64,000 nucleotides of DNA, taken from contig CAWCFX010000001.1 in assembly GCA_963795085.1 (NCBI GenBank), positions 668,674-732,673 of the forward strand, in the 5' to 3' direction. The stretch comes from an uncultured Gemmatimonadales bacterium (GTDB taxonomy: Bacteria; Gemmatimonadota; Gemmatimonadetes; Gemmatimonadales; GWC2-71-9). Below, in pieces: positions 27,951 to 38,386 of this stretch (position 1 is its first letter; each line of letters begins with the position of its first letter). A program made the translations under genes and the position numbers. A model generated the notes under the pieces. The model made no database searches and had not been told where the DNA came from. It saw only the letters and a program-made list of their open reading frames with translations.

Positions 27951-29504
27951 TCAGTGGGTGCCGGCCGGGGCGGGTTTCCTCGGCATCATCCCGTCCCGGT
28001 TGGCCAGGCTGTACACCGTCCAGGCCACGATAGTCGCGGCCTGCTGGAGGTCTTCGAGCACCAGCCGCTCGTAGGTATCCACGTGCGAGTGGTGGGAGCG
28101 GATCCCGTATTCCAGCGGATCCTGGATGAACTGAAACCCAGGAACTCCGGCGGCATCAAAGGAAAGATGATCAGTGCCGCCGGTGGGATGGAGCCGGCTG
28201 GCGACGAATCCCACGTCGCGGAAGGGCAGCAGTAGCTGGTCAAAGACCCGCACGGCTGCTTCGTTATGCTGGCCCCACACGCCGCGGATTCGTCCCGATC
28301 CGTTATCGATGTTCAGGTAGGCCGAGATTCGCGGCATCTCTGCCCGGTGCCGGCGCACCCACGCCCGGGAGCCGAGCAGGCCCTGTTCCTCGCCGCTCCA
28401 GAGGGCGATTCGCACCGTGCGCCGGAGCGGAAGGTCGAGGGACTTGAGAATACGCATGGCCTCCATCATGGCGAGCGACCCGGCGGCGTTGTCGGTCGCC
28501 CCGGTCCCGCTGTACCAGCTGTCGAAATGGGCGCCGATCATCACCACCTCGTCCCTGAGGTCGGTGCCGGGGATCTCGCCGATCACGGTGAACTCGCGCT
28601 GGTCGGGATTGGTCCACCGGTTCTGCACGTTCACCTCCAGCCGGGCGGCGACCCCGCGCTTGGCCAGCCGGTACAGCTGCCCGTACTGCTCGTGGGTCAC
28701 CATCAGTGCCGGTGTCGGTTCGTAGGCGCTGTCCCTGGCCACCCGCCCATCGGGGTGGCCGCCGGTGCGGAGCAGGCCGTAGGTCCAGCCGGAGGGGATC
28801 AGCAGCATGGCCGGATGTTCCCGGCGGAGAAACCGGGTCACCGCCTGGTTGCGAGCCTGCGCTTCCCGGAAGCGGGCCTGCTGTTCCGGGTTCGCCTGGT
28901 TCCCGCCAGCCGGGGGTTCCGGCCGCTGGTTGCTCCAGGTGATGAGGGACTCAGCCGCGTGGCGCCGGGGACGGGAATCGAATTCAGGCCCGATCGGGTT
29001 CCAGGGCTGGGTCATCACGCAGGAGTTGCGGAGCTTCCCCGCATACTGGGCCAGGTCCGTGGTGTCCCGGATCTCCAGGAGGACGACGTCACAGGCGACG
29101 GTTCCCCGGGTACTGCCGCTCCATCCCATGGGCTCGGCCCGCAGCGGTTGTTCAAAGGGGGCCAGGAAACGCCCGTGGTAGCTGACCCGTTCCCAGCCCC
29201 GGCCAAAGGTCGAGTCCCACGGCTCCAGCGCCACGTTCGTCAGGCCCCAGCCGCGGAGTGCGGCCGCCGCCCATTCCTGGGCCCGTCGCATGCCGGAGGA
29301 GCCGGTGAGCCGGGGGCCGATGCCGTCGAGCAGCTGCTGCGCAAGAGTATCCACCCGGCTCCGGGTGAGTCCCTCGTCCCGGATCCGCTGGAGCACCGCG
29401 AGGTCCAGCCGCTCCTGTACCACCTGGGCCGGCAGGGCGGCGGTCCCGGCGGGCAGCGCCAGCATTGCCAATAGCAGGCCGCGCACGACGATTCGAGATA
29501 CCAT
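27951..29504 (-). CDS. M28 family metallopeptidase (aminopeptidase)
   Basis: The start at 29504 gives a signal peptide, MVSRIVVRGLLLAMLALPAGTAALPAQ. Zinc-ligand motifs are GAHFDSW, GATDNAAGS, SGEEQGLLGS and GGTDHLSF. Confidence 0.85.
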   Translation of the reverse strand: MVSRIVVRGLLLAMLALPAGTAALPAQVVQERLDLAVLQRIRDEGLTRSRVDTLAQQLLDGIGPRLTGSSGMRRAQEWAAAALRGWGLTNVALEPWDSTFGRGWERVSYHGRFLAPFEQPLRAEPMGWSGSTRGTVACDVVLLEIRDTTDLAQYAGKLRNSCVMTQPWNPIGPEFDSRPRRHAAESLITWSNQRPEPPAGGNQANPEQQARFREAQARNQAVTRFLRREHPAMLLIPSGWTYGLLRTGGHPDGRVARDSAYEPTPALMVTHEQYGQLYRLAKRGVAARLEVNVQNRWTNPDQREFTVIGEIPGTDLRDEVVMIGAHFDSWYSGTGATDNAAGSLAMMEAMRILKSLDLPLRRTVRIALWSGEEQGLLGSRAWVRRHRAEMPRISAYLNIDNGSGRIRGVWGQHNEAAVRVFDQLLLPFRDVGFVASRLHPTGGTDHLSFDAAGVPGFQFIQDPLEYGIRSHHSHVDTYERLVLEDLQQAATIVAWTVYSLANRDGMMPRKPAPAGTH

Positions 29505-29648
29505 GGGGACGCTCCGTGTTGGGTAAGTGGCACCGGGCTGGCGGTGGTAAGGTAATATCCGGAGTAGGGAAATAAACCCGACCGCCATCCGTGGCATCCA
29601 AGCGGTTGACCCGTTGAAGATCATCTTCTCCTGCGCTGGAGTCGTGTC

Positions 29649-31499
29649 GTGACCCGAAGCGTCCTGCTGGCCCTGCTTTCAAGTGCGATTCCCCTCGCTG
29701 TCACGGCTCAGCAGCCTTTCGATCACTATGCCGAGGCCGTGGCGCTTCGGTACTCGGCCGGGCAGCCGGTGGTGAGTTATACCCTCCGCATTGACTCCAC
29801 CGATCTTCGCTCCTGGTCCGTGGCGATGACTCTGCGGAACCTGCCTGACACCTTTCACCTGGCCATGGCCGCGCACCCGGAGTATGACGACCGGTTCTAT
29901 CGTCAGGTCACGGACATCGCGGTCACTTCCTCGGAAGGAACCGGGTCGGTGGCACGGTCGGACAGTGCAGTGTGGCGAGTGGTGGCGCCCGGAGGAGCCG
30001 CGCTGGTCCGCTACCGTATCACCCTGCCAGCGCCCGCGACGCCTCCCCGCGGGGCCTGGCGGCCCTTTCTGACGCCGACCGGCGGTCTCACCGGCGGTCC
30101 CCACGCCTTCATGTACGTACTCGGCGGAGAACTGGCTCCGGCTCACGTGCGGCTCGATCTGCCTCGTTCGTGGGATGTGGCCACCGGCCTCGAGCCGACA
30201 GCGGATCCCCTGGTCTTTCATGCACCAACCGTGCACGTCCTGGTGGAATCTCCGCTGCTGGTCGGCCTCTTCAGCGAGTGGCATTTCATGGTGGACGCGG
30301 TGCCCCACCGGGTTGTGTACTGGCGGAGCCCCACCGGGACGCCATTTGACACCGTCGGCTTCGTCGAGGGCATTGAGCGGCTGACCCGCGAGGCAGTCGC
30401 TCTTTTCGGGCGCCCGCCGTACCGGGAGTTCACGTTCCTGTTTCAGGATGACGCCTACGGTGGCCTGGAGCATCCCAACTCGGTCACCCTGGGGGCGGAG
30501 AGCCGCCTGCTCGCCCGGGACCCCCTCGCCACGCTGGACGAAACCAGCCACGAGTTCTTTCATACCTGGAACCTGATGCGCATTCGTCCCGAGGAGTACC
30601 GGGACGTCTCCCACCAGACCCAGCCGCCCACGGCGGGACTCTGGTTCAGCGAGGGACTCACCATGTACTACGCGGACCTGCTGCTGCGGCGGACCGGCCT
30701 CCCGGTGCCCGGTACGGACCGGATCGAGCATCTGCAGGCGCTCATCACCCGGTATCTCGCCTCGCCCGGCAACTATCGCTTCTCGGCGGAGTCGTTGAGC
30801 CGGGTGGAATACAATGTGGGGCCGATAGCCCTGGGCGATTATACGGCCAGCACCCACCTGGTGGGCGAGCTGCTGGGCGGCATGCTCGACCTCGAGGTGA
30901 GACGGGCAACCGCCGGCGGCCGCTCCATGGACGATGTGATGCGGCTGATGCTGGCGCGGTCCGGCGGCCCCCGCGGGTTTAACGGGAAGGATGTGGAGGA
31001 TGTGGTGGAGGAGGTCTGCGGCTGCGAGGTCTCGCCGTTCTTCGCGCAGCACGTGCGCGGGGGCGGATCGCCCATCGATTTCGATCGCTACCTCGCCGCG
31101 ATCGGCATGCGGGTCGAAGTGAAGTGGGAGCCCGCGTTAGTGAACGGACTGCCCGAACCCGACCTCCGAATCTGGGCCTGGGAGCCGGAGGGGGAGACCG
31201 GTTTGCGGCTGATCGTCGGTCACCCCGAAACCTCCTGGACCCGCGCCGGGCTGCACAGTGGTGACCGGGTGATCTCGATCGACGGACGTCCGGTGCGGAC
31301 CTGGCCCGAGTTCCGTGGTGCGCTGAGGCAGAGCCGGATCGGTGACACGCTCGCCTTCGAGATCCGGGGGGAGCGCGGGCCCCTTACCCGGCTGGTGACC
31401 GTCTCCGGTTACCAGCGTCCCGCCGTATCCCTCATTCAACTGGCCGAGGCCACCCCGGCCCAAATCGAATTGCGCAGGCGATGGCTCAGTGCCCGCTGA
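29649..31499 (+). CDS. M61 family (glycyl aminopeptidase-like) zinc peptidase with C-terminal PDZ domain
   Basis: HEFFHTWN is the HExxH motif. The C-terminal GLHSGDRVISIDGRPV...GDTLAFEIRGERG is PDZ-like. It has a signal peptide and a GTG start. Confidence 0.8.
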   Translation: MTRSVLLALLSSAIPLAVTAQQPFDHYAEAVALRYSAGQPVVSYTLRIDSTDLRSWSVAMTLRNLPDTFHLAMAAHPEYDDRFYRQVTDIAVTSSEGTGSVARSDSAVWRVVAPGGAALVRYRITLPAPATPPRGAWRPFLTPTGGLTGGPHAFMYVLGGELAPAHVRLDLPRSWDVATGLEPTADPLVFHAPTVHVLVESPLLVGLFSEWHFMVDAVPHRVVYWRSPTGTPFDTVGFVEGIERLTREAVALFGRPPYREFTFLFQDDAYGGLEHPNSVTLGAESRLLARDPLATLDETSHEFFHTWNLMRIRPEEYRDVSHQTQPPTAGLWFSEGLTMYYADLLLRRTGLPVPGTDRIEHLQALITRYLASPGNYRFSAESLSRVEYNVGPIALGDYTASTHLVGELLGGMLDLEVRRATAGGRSMDDVMRLMLARSGGPRGFNGKDVEDVVEEVCGCEVSPFFAQHVRGGGSPIDFDRYLAAIGMRVEVKWEPALVNGLPEPDLRIWAWEPEGETGLRLIVGHPETSWTRAGLHSGDRVISIDGRPVRTWPEFRGALRQSRIGDTLAFEIRGERGPLTRLVTVSGYQRPAVSLIQLAEATPAQIELRRRWLSAR

Positions 31500-31528
31500 G
31501 GCCGGCGTTGCCTGGCCCCGTGACGCAG

Positions 31529-31564
31529 CATGCCCCGCTTGCTCAGGCAAGCGGGGCATGTTGT
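31529..31564. terminator. bidirectional rho-independent terminator between convergent genes
   Basis: Perfect 14-bp stem, CATGCCCCGCTTGC (31529-31542) pairing with GCAAGCGGGGCATG (31547-31560), with a 4-nt loop, followed by TTGT. Confidence 0.7.
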
Positions 31565-31584
31565 AGCCATCGCGCGAACCAGGT

Positions 31585-32169
31585 TCAGGTGGCGGGAACC
31601 AGGCCGACCTGCATCGAGAACCGGACCAGTCCCGCCAGGTCCCGGATACCGACCCGCTTCATCACCTGTGCCCGGTGGGTCTCGACGGTCTTCACGGACA
31701 AATTGAGACGTTCCGCGATCACCCGGGTCGATGAGCCAGACGAAAGCAACTGCAGGACCTCCATCTGGCGGTTGGACAGCTTGCGGAGGGGGGCCCGCTC
31801 TTCCAGCGCCTCCTGGATGGCCGGCCGGAGGCGGGCCATGTCGCCGACGCTGATAAAATCGGCGGCCCCCGCCTTCAGGGCCTCAATGGCGGAGGCGTTG
31901 CAGTCCCGGGCCACAATCAGGAAGGGACTGCCGGGCCGCCGCCGCTGCGCCATGCTGAGCGCTTCCAGGAGCGGCGGTTCGCCCTCCGGCGTGGCGAGAA
32001 TGACGTGAGGCGCGAAGGCCTCCAGCGCGCCCTGGTACGCCGCGGCGGAATCCGCCCGGCGCACAACCCAGGGCTCTTCACCTTCTTCCAGGACGCGGAG
32101 AACCTCCTCGGCAATCCCGTCACTATTGGCGAGCAGGACTCTGAGGTCCCGCGAGGCGTCGTTTGGCAT
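31585..32169 (-). CDS. LuxR/FixJ-family transcriptional regulator with a degenerate (pseudo-)receiver domain
   Basis: The C-terminal LSNRQMEVLQLLSSGSSTRVIAERLNLSVKTVETHRAQVMKRVG is a LuxR-type HTH. The N-terminal receiver-like fold has HVILATPEGEP where DxxxxDxxMP is expected, and GAADFISVG where the conserved Lys is expected. Confidence 0.75.
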   Translation of the reverse strand: MPNDASRDLRVLLANSDGIAEEVLRVLEEGEEPWVVRRADSAAAYQGALEAFAPHVILATPEGEPPLLEALSMAQRRRPGSPFLIVARDCNASAIEALKAGAADFISVGDMARLRPAIQEALEERAPLRKLSNRQMEVLQLLSSGSSTRVIAERLNLSVKTVETHRAQVMKRVGIRDLAGLVRFSMQVGLVPAT

Positions 32170-32252
32170 GGCTCAACATGGAGCACTGCAGGTCCGGGAA
32201 CCGTGATGTTGGCTACATTTCGTGGAAGGTTTTACCCCAAAAAGTGTGATCT

Positions 32253-33578
32253 ATGTTGCGTTGGAGTGGCTTAGGCGCCTGTTTGGCCATGTTGACCGCC
32301 GGCTGCGGCGCGGGGCTGACACCGCCCGGACCAGTCGGGGAGACCCCCTGCTACGTGGCTGGGGAAGCCGGCTTTCGGGATACGGTCACCATCGCCTTCA
32401 CCGACGTATTGCATCCCGCCCACCAGCCCGTTCCCCTGAACGACGCCGAACGCCTGCTCTTTCGGCACCAGTACGCCACCTTGATCCGGCTGGACTGCCA
32501 GGGCCGGGCCACACCGGATGCGGCCGTCACCTGGTCGCGCGACTCCACGGGGTACTCCTGGTCGTTCACCCTCGACAGCCTGGCACTGTCCGGTGGGGCG
32601 CCGCGTAATGCCGCCGATATGGTGACGGGATGGGACAGCCGCAGGACCGAAGGGCTCTGGCCCTGGCGCAGGATCCTATCGGTGCGGGCTACCGGACGGT
32701 ACTCGATTGAGATCCGGCTCGATAGCATCTTCGGGACAGTGCCGGAGGTTTTCGCCGACCTTGCCCTGGCCATTCACCACCCCGCGCCGCCCGGCCGCAC
32801 GCCGCCGCCATCCGGCCGGTTTCGCGAGTTCCTCCACGCCCGACCCACCACCGGTCCGATCCTGGATCTGATCCTCCTGGTGCCCGCCGATACCCCGGCC
32901 CGTTCGCCGGTGCTCCGGTTTCAGGGCCTTCGGCGCGGACTCGATCCCCGTGATCTCCTGGACCTGCCGGCCGTGGGCGCGCTCCGGCCCGCCGATTTCG
33001 TGATCACCCGGGATGCCGATGCCGTGGCCTATGCCGGTGCTCGCGCCGGGTTCCGGACCATCCCGCTGGCGTGGGACCGGTCCTACCTGCTCGTCTCCCC
33101 TCTCGCCCTGGACGCCCTGGACGGTATCGAGAGCCCGGACTTCCGGGAGTCGCTTGCCCGGGAGACGCTGCGCGACGAGGCCCGGCCGCCGGCGCCCCCG
33201 TTTACGTGGAATAGCCAGGACTGCAGCACCCGGCCGCTCCGTCCCATGGGCCGACTGTCCCAGGTTGTTTACCCGCTCGACGATGACGTGGCTCGGCAAC
33301 TGGCCGAACGGCTGGTCGCTCTCCGCTTTCCCGCCTACCGGGCGCTAGGCCTGTTGCCCGATCCGTTGGCGGCGTCACTCGCCGCCGGTGAGGCGGCGCT
33401 GTACGTGGTCCCCGTGAACCGCACCCCCGCGGCGGGTTGTCACGGATTCCCGGCATCGCCCGCCGGGTCCAGGGTGATTCCGCTGGTGGATTCCCGGGCC
33501 CATGCCATCGTTCGCGACGGCGTCCCTCCCTTCTATATCGAAGCGGATGGATCGGTGCGATTCCCGGTTGCCCCATGA
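32253..33578 (+). CDS. hypothetical lipoprotein, possibly solute-binding-protein-like, first gene of the sensor kinase operon
   Basis: Lipobox LAMLTAGC. Segments such as VTWSRDSTGYSWSFTLD resemble family-5 SBP strands, but the assignment is weak. Its stop overlaps the kinase start (ATGA). Confidence 0.5.
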   Translation: MLRWSGLGACLAMLTAGCGAGLTPPGPVGETPCYVAGEAGFRDTVTIAFTDVLHPAHQPVPLNDAERLLFRHQYATLIRLDCQGRATPDAAVTWSRDSTGYSWSFTLDSLALSGGAPRNAADMVTGWDSRRTEGLWPWRRILSVRATGRYSIEIRLDSIFGTVPEVFADLALAIHHPAPPGRTPPPSGRFREFLHARPTTGPILDLILLVPADTPARSPVLRFQGLRRGLDPRDLLDLPAVGALRPADFVITRDADAVAYAGARAGFRTIPLAWDRSYLLVSPLALDALDGIESPDFRESLARETLRDEARPPAPPFTWNSQDCSTRPLRPMGRLSQVVYPLDDDVARQLAERLVALRFPAYRALGLLPDPLAASLAAGEAALYVVPVNRTPAAGCHGFPASPAGSRVIPLVDSRAHAIVRDGVPPFYIEADGSVRFPVAP

Positions 33579-35214
33579 CCTTCCGCACCCGGGTCGCCCT
33601 GGCCGTCGCCGTCGGGTCGTTGCTGCCTCTCGTCCTTCTCGCCGTGGGCGTCCGGCGCGAGATGACCTCCCGGCTGGAACGCCAGGCCGAGCTGGAGGTG
33701 CGTCGCCAGGCGGGGGAGATCGGCCGCCGACTGGCCTCCCAACACTCCGCCACGAGCGAACAACTGCGGCGGCTGGCGATAGCCCTGGCTGACGACAACC
33801 GCTTCCGGCTTGCGATCGCCGCCGATCCGGCCGACGCGTGGATCCGCGATTGGGCCTCCCGGGCGATGGAGCCGGCCGGTCTGGCGGTGCTCGAGCTGCA
33901 GGACAGCGCCGGCCGGGTCCTGAGTTCGGGGCACTTCCGGAACGAGTTCGGGCTGGACCATCGCGGGTTGGTCACGGCGCTGACCACGACCGGCACGCCG
34001 CCGGTCCTGATTCGGGCCAGCACACCCAACGGCCCGGTTGAGGTGCTCGGCGTGGCCCACCGGTTCATGGTCGCCGGCCGGAGCTACCTGCTCCTGGGGG
34101 GCCGGGGACTGGATCTTGCGCCGGGGGGAGACGGATCGGATGTCGCGGCCACTCTGCAGCTTGAAGCGCCACCGCCCGCGCCGACCCCCGCCGTGGTGGC
34201 GCGGTTTCCGTTGCGGCTGGTGGCCAGCGCCGAGCCGCATGCTATCCGCGATGTGGCGGTCGTCCTGACCCGGGACCTTTCATCGCTTGCCGAGCTTCGC
34301 CGGGGCGTGGATCGCTGGTTTCTGATCGCCGCCGCCGTGCTGGTTGCCCTGGCGATCCTGCTCTCGCTCTGGTTGTCCGACCGGGTGACCCGGCCCATCG
34401 CCGAACTGGCGGCCCGGACCTCCCACGTCGATCTGGACCGGCTTGACCAGACTTTTTCGACGGGCCGGGATGATGAGATTGGTGGCCTGGCCAAACTGCT
34501 CGATGCCATGACCGCCCGGCTGCGGGCCAGCGCCGCCCGGCTGCGCGAATCCGAGCGGCGCGCCATCACCGGCGACCTGGCCCGGCAGGTCAATCACGAC
34601 ATAAAGAACGGGCTGGCACCCATCCGGCATGTGCTGCGGCACCTGGGCCAGGTGGCCCGGGAGCAGCCGGACCGGCTGGCCGCCGTGTACCGGGAACGGC
34701 AGGGAACTCTGGATTCGAGCACTGAGTACCTGGAGAACCTGAGCCGCAATTATGCCAGGCTGTCGCCTGCCGCCGGGGAGGGGACCGCCGATGTCCGCCA
34801 GCTGTTGGCGGAGATGGCAACAGCTCATGGGCAGGACGGGGTCGCGGTGCAGGTGCTGGCCGGGCCTGCCAACCTGGAGGCGGGGGCCGATCCGGTTATT
34901 CTCAGGCGCATCATGGAGAATCTGTGCCGGAACGCGGTGGAGGCCGCCCGGGAAACCGGCGGAAGGGTCACTTTGCAGGCCGAGTCCCCTCATGCAGGCT
35001 CCCTGCGCCTTACCGTGGAGGATGACGGTCCGGGCATGACCGAAGCGCAACTCAGCCGGGCCTTCGACGATTTCTACACGACCCGGGCCGGCGGAACCGG
35101 CCTGGGGCTCTCCGTGGTCCGGCGGCTGGTGGCCGACCTCGGCGGTTCGCTCCGGGTGGAAACCGCTCCCGGCCGCGGCAGCCGCTTCATCGTCGAACTG
35201 CCGGCGGTGCCGGC

Positions 35215-35218
<4 letters not shown>
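33575..35218 (+). CDS. sensor histidine kinase (periplasmic sensor, HAMP, HisKA, HATPase_c)
   Basis: Two TM segments flank an approximately 240-aa periplasmic region. HAMP (VTRPIAELAARTSHV...), H-box LARQVNHDIKNGL, N-box ENLCRNAVEA, G-boxes EDDGPGM and GGTGLGLSVV. Confidence 0.85.
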
Positions 35219-36567
<1,349 letters not shown>

Positions 36568-36604
36568 CACCGGTCCATCGGGACACTCTTCCCAATCTCT
36601 CCTC

Positions 36605-36620
36605 GTGTCCCGGTGGACAC
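36605..36620. promoter_or_regulatory. perfect 16-bp palindrome, candidate enhancer (UAS) for the adjacent NtrC-type regulator
   Basis: GTGTCC-CGGT-GGACAC at 36605-36620. A further half-site GGGACAC lies at 36580-36586. The centre is about 95 bp upstream of the -24 GG of the candidate sigma-54 promoter. Confidence 0.35.
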
Positions 36621-36706
36621 GGACGCCTCGATCCCGCCGCGAGCATCTAACCCGACACTCCTTACGTCACAATCACTTACCTCGCTCGGCCCCGGGGCGC
36701 ATTTCG

Positions 36707-36721
36707 TGGCCGTTCGCTTGC
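36707..36721 (+). promoter_or_regulatory. candidate sigma-54 (-24/-12) promoter
   Basis: TGGCCG-TTCGC-TTGC matches TGGCAC-N5-TTGC, with GG and GC at the canonical spacing. It lies 76 nt upstream of the ATG at 36797 and directly downstream of the sigma-54 activator gene. Confidence 0.5.
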
Positions 36722-36796
36722 CTTTCCCTGGTGGCGTCACCGCGGCGAGCCCGTTCGCCGCACCATCGCGCCCAAGGCGCCCACCAGGAGGAAAAC

Positions 36797-37810
36797 ATGA
36801 CCCGCACCGTCATCACCACGCATCGGTTCCCGCGTACCGCGCTCGCGCTGGGCGCGCTGCTCCTCGCCGCCTGTGGCGAGAAGCCGCCGGCTGGAACCGC
36901 TACCGCCGGCGCCGAAACTCCGGCGGCGACCATCATCAATGCCAGCGTCACCACGCGCGAGCCGGCGCCCCTGCCCACCGCGGCCGGCCCGGTCATGCCG
37001 GCGTCATTCGCCGATGCCGAATCGGTGTATCGCGCCGGAGACTATGCCGCCGCCCGGCGGTTCTTTCAGTCCTATGTCGAGGCCCGGCCCGAGAACCCCT
37101 GGGGCCATTACATGCTGGGGCTCTCCGCGTGGAAGAGCGGGGACCTGCCGCAGGCCGAAGCCGCCTTTGAGCGGGCCATCACCCTGGATTCGACTCAGAT
37201 CAAGAGCTACCTGAACGGGGCCCGGGTGCTCCTGGACCTGGGGCGGAACCACGAGGCGCTGGAACGGGCCGAGCAGGCCCGCCGGCTGGATGCTGGAAAC
37301 GCCGAGACACTCAGACTCATCGCCCGGGCCCGGCACGCGATGGGGCAGGCCGATGCCGCGATCGAGGCGTATCGCGGGGCCATTCTGCTGGACGACCGCG
37401 ACGTGTGGGCCATGAACAACCTGGGTGTCCTGTATCTCGATCGGGGCGAGCCGGACCTGGCGCTGGCACCCCTCGCGAGGGCCGTACAGCTCCGGAACAC
37501 CGCACCTGTCTTCCAGAACAACCTGGGCATCGCACTGGAACGCAGCGGCCATGTCGCCGCGGCCCGGTCGGCCTACGAGGCAGCGATCCGCGCCGACAGC
37601 AGCTATGCCAAGGCCATCACCAGCCTTGCCCGGGTGAATGGCCTGGTTGCCGACCCCGCAGACCTCGTGGATCTCGATGAGCTGGCCCAGGTATTTCGGA
37701 TGCAGGTGGGGATGTGGCGGGATAACGCCGCCCTGGGGGGTGAACCGGCTCTCGATTCGCTGATCAAGGCGGACACCCTGACCGGAGCCGGTCCCGAGGG
37801 GGATCGGTAG
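36797..37810 (+). CDS. TPR-repeat lipoprotein
   Basis: An AGGAGG RBS precedes the ATG at 36797. MTRTVITTHRFPRTALALGALLLAAC is a lipoprotein signal. There are at least 6 TPR units (AEAAFERAITLDSTQIKSYLNGARVLLDLGRNHEALERAEQARRLD...). Confidence 0.8.
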   Translation: MTRTVITTHRFPRTALALGALLLAACGEKPPAGTATAGAETPAATIINASVTTREPAPLPTAAGPVMPASFADAESVYRAGDYAAARRFFQSYVEARPENPWGHYMLGLSAWKSGDLPQAEAAFERAITLDSTQIKSYLNGARVLLDLGRNHEALERAEQARRLDAGNAETLRLIARARHAMGQADAAIEAYRGAILLDDRDVWAMNNLGVLYLDRGEPDLALAPLARAVQLRNTAPVFQNNLGIALERSGHVAAARSAYEAAIRADSSYAKAITSLARVNGLVADPADLVDLDELAQVFRMQVGMWRDNAALGGEPALDSLIKADTLTGAGPEGDR

Positions 37811-37831
37811 GGACTGACAAGCGACAGCACG

Positions 37832-37860
37832 AAGCCCCGGCGAGCCGCCGGGGCTTTTCT
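37832..37860 (+). terminator. rho-independent terminator after the TPR gene
   Basis: 11-bp stem, AAGCCCCGGCG (37832-37842) pairing with CGCCGGGGCTT (37846-37856), with a 3-nt loop and then a TTTTCT tail. Confidence 0.75.
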
Positions 37861-37901
37861 GCCACCAATCCACCTCACATCGACCCCCGGACCCCTCAAG
37901 C

Positions 37902-38297
37902 TCACTTCGTCTTCTTCACGATCCCTTCCAGCACCTCTTTCGCCAGGCCCTTGTCCCACACCACCATGTCCTCGCTGGCGACGACCTCGACCCGGGTACC
38001 TTCACCTTCGGTGCGGAGGGTGACCTGGATGTTCTTGTCACCGCGCTTTCCGTTCAGTTGCCGTTCCTCGCTGCTGCCCGTCTGCTCGCTGGTGATTTTC
38101 TCCTCGCTGATGCCCATTTCCCGGAAGGTCTGCTGCGCGGCCGCCATGGCCCGGTCGATGGGGGTCGCCACCAGGGATTCGGCGCCCCGGTCGGACAGAT
38201 AGATGCCGGCACCCAGGCCGGCCCCCGCAGCGGCGAGGCAACCACCGGTGGTCGTGACAACCAGCGCCAGCAGGACAGTTCTCAGGTGTCGGGACAT
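37902..38297 (-). CDS. small hypothetical lipoprotein (DUF3568-like)
   Basis: A GGAGGA RBS precedes the start. MSRHLRTVLLALVVTTTGGC is a lipobox signal. The mature protein is about 130 aa and charge-rich. Confidence 0.65.
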   Translation of the reverse strand: MSRHLRTVLLALVVTTTGGCLAAAGAGLGAGIYLSDRGAESLVATPIDRAMAAAQQTFREMGISEEKITSEQTGSSEERQLNGKRGDKNIQVTLRTEGEGTRVEVVASEDMVVWDKGLAKEVLEGIVKKTK

Positions 38298-38386
38298 ATC
38301 GGCTCCTCCACGGTCAGGTCCATGGCAAAACGCTCCCGACACGGTGGCGCTCCGGCCACCTGGCAGCCGTGACCTGTCTCACGAGT

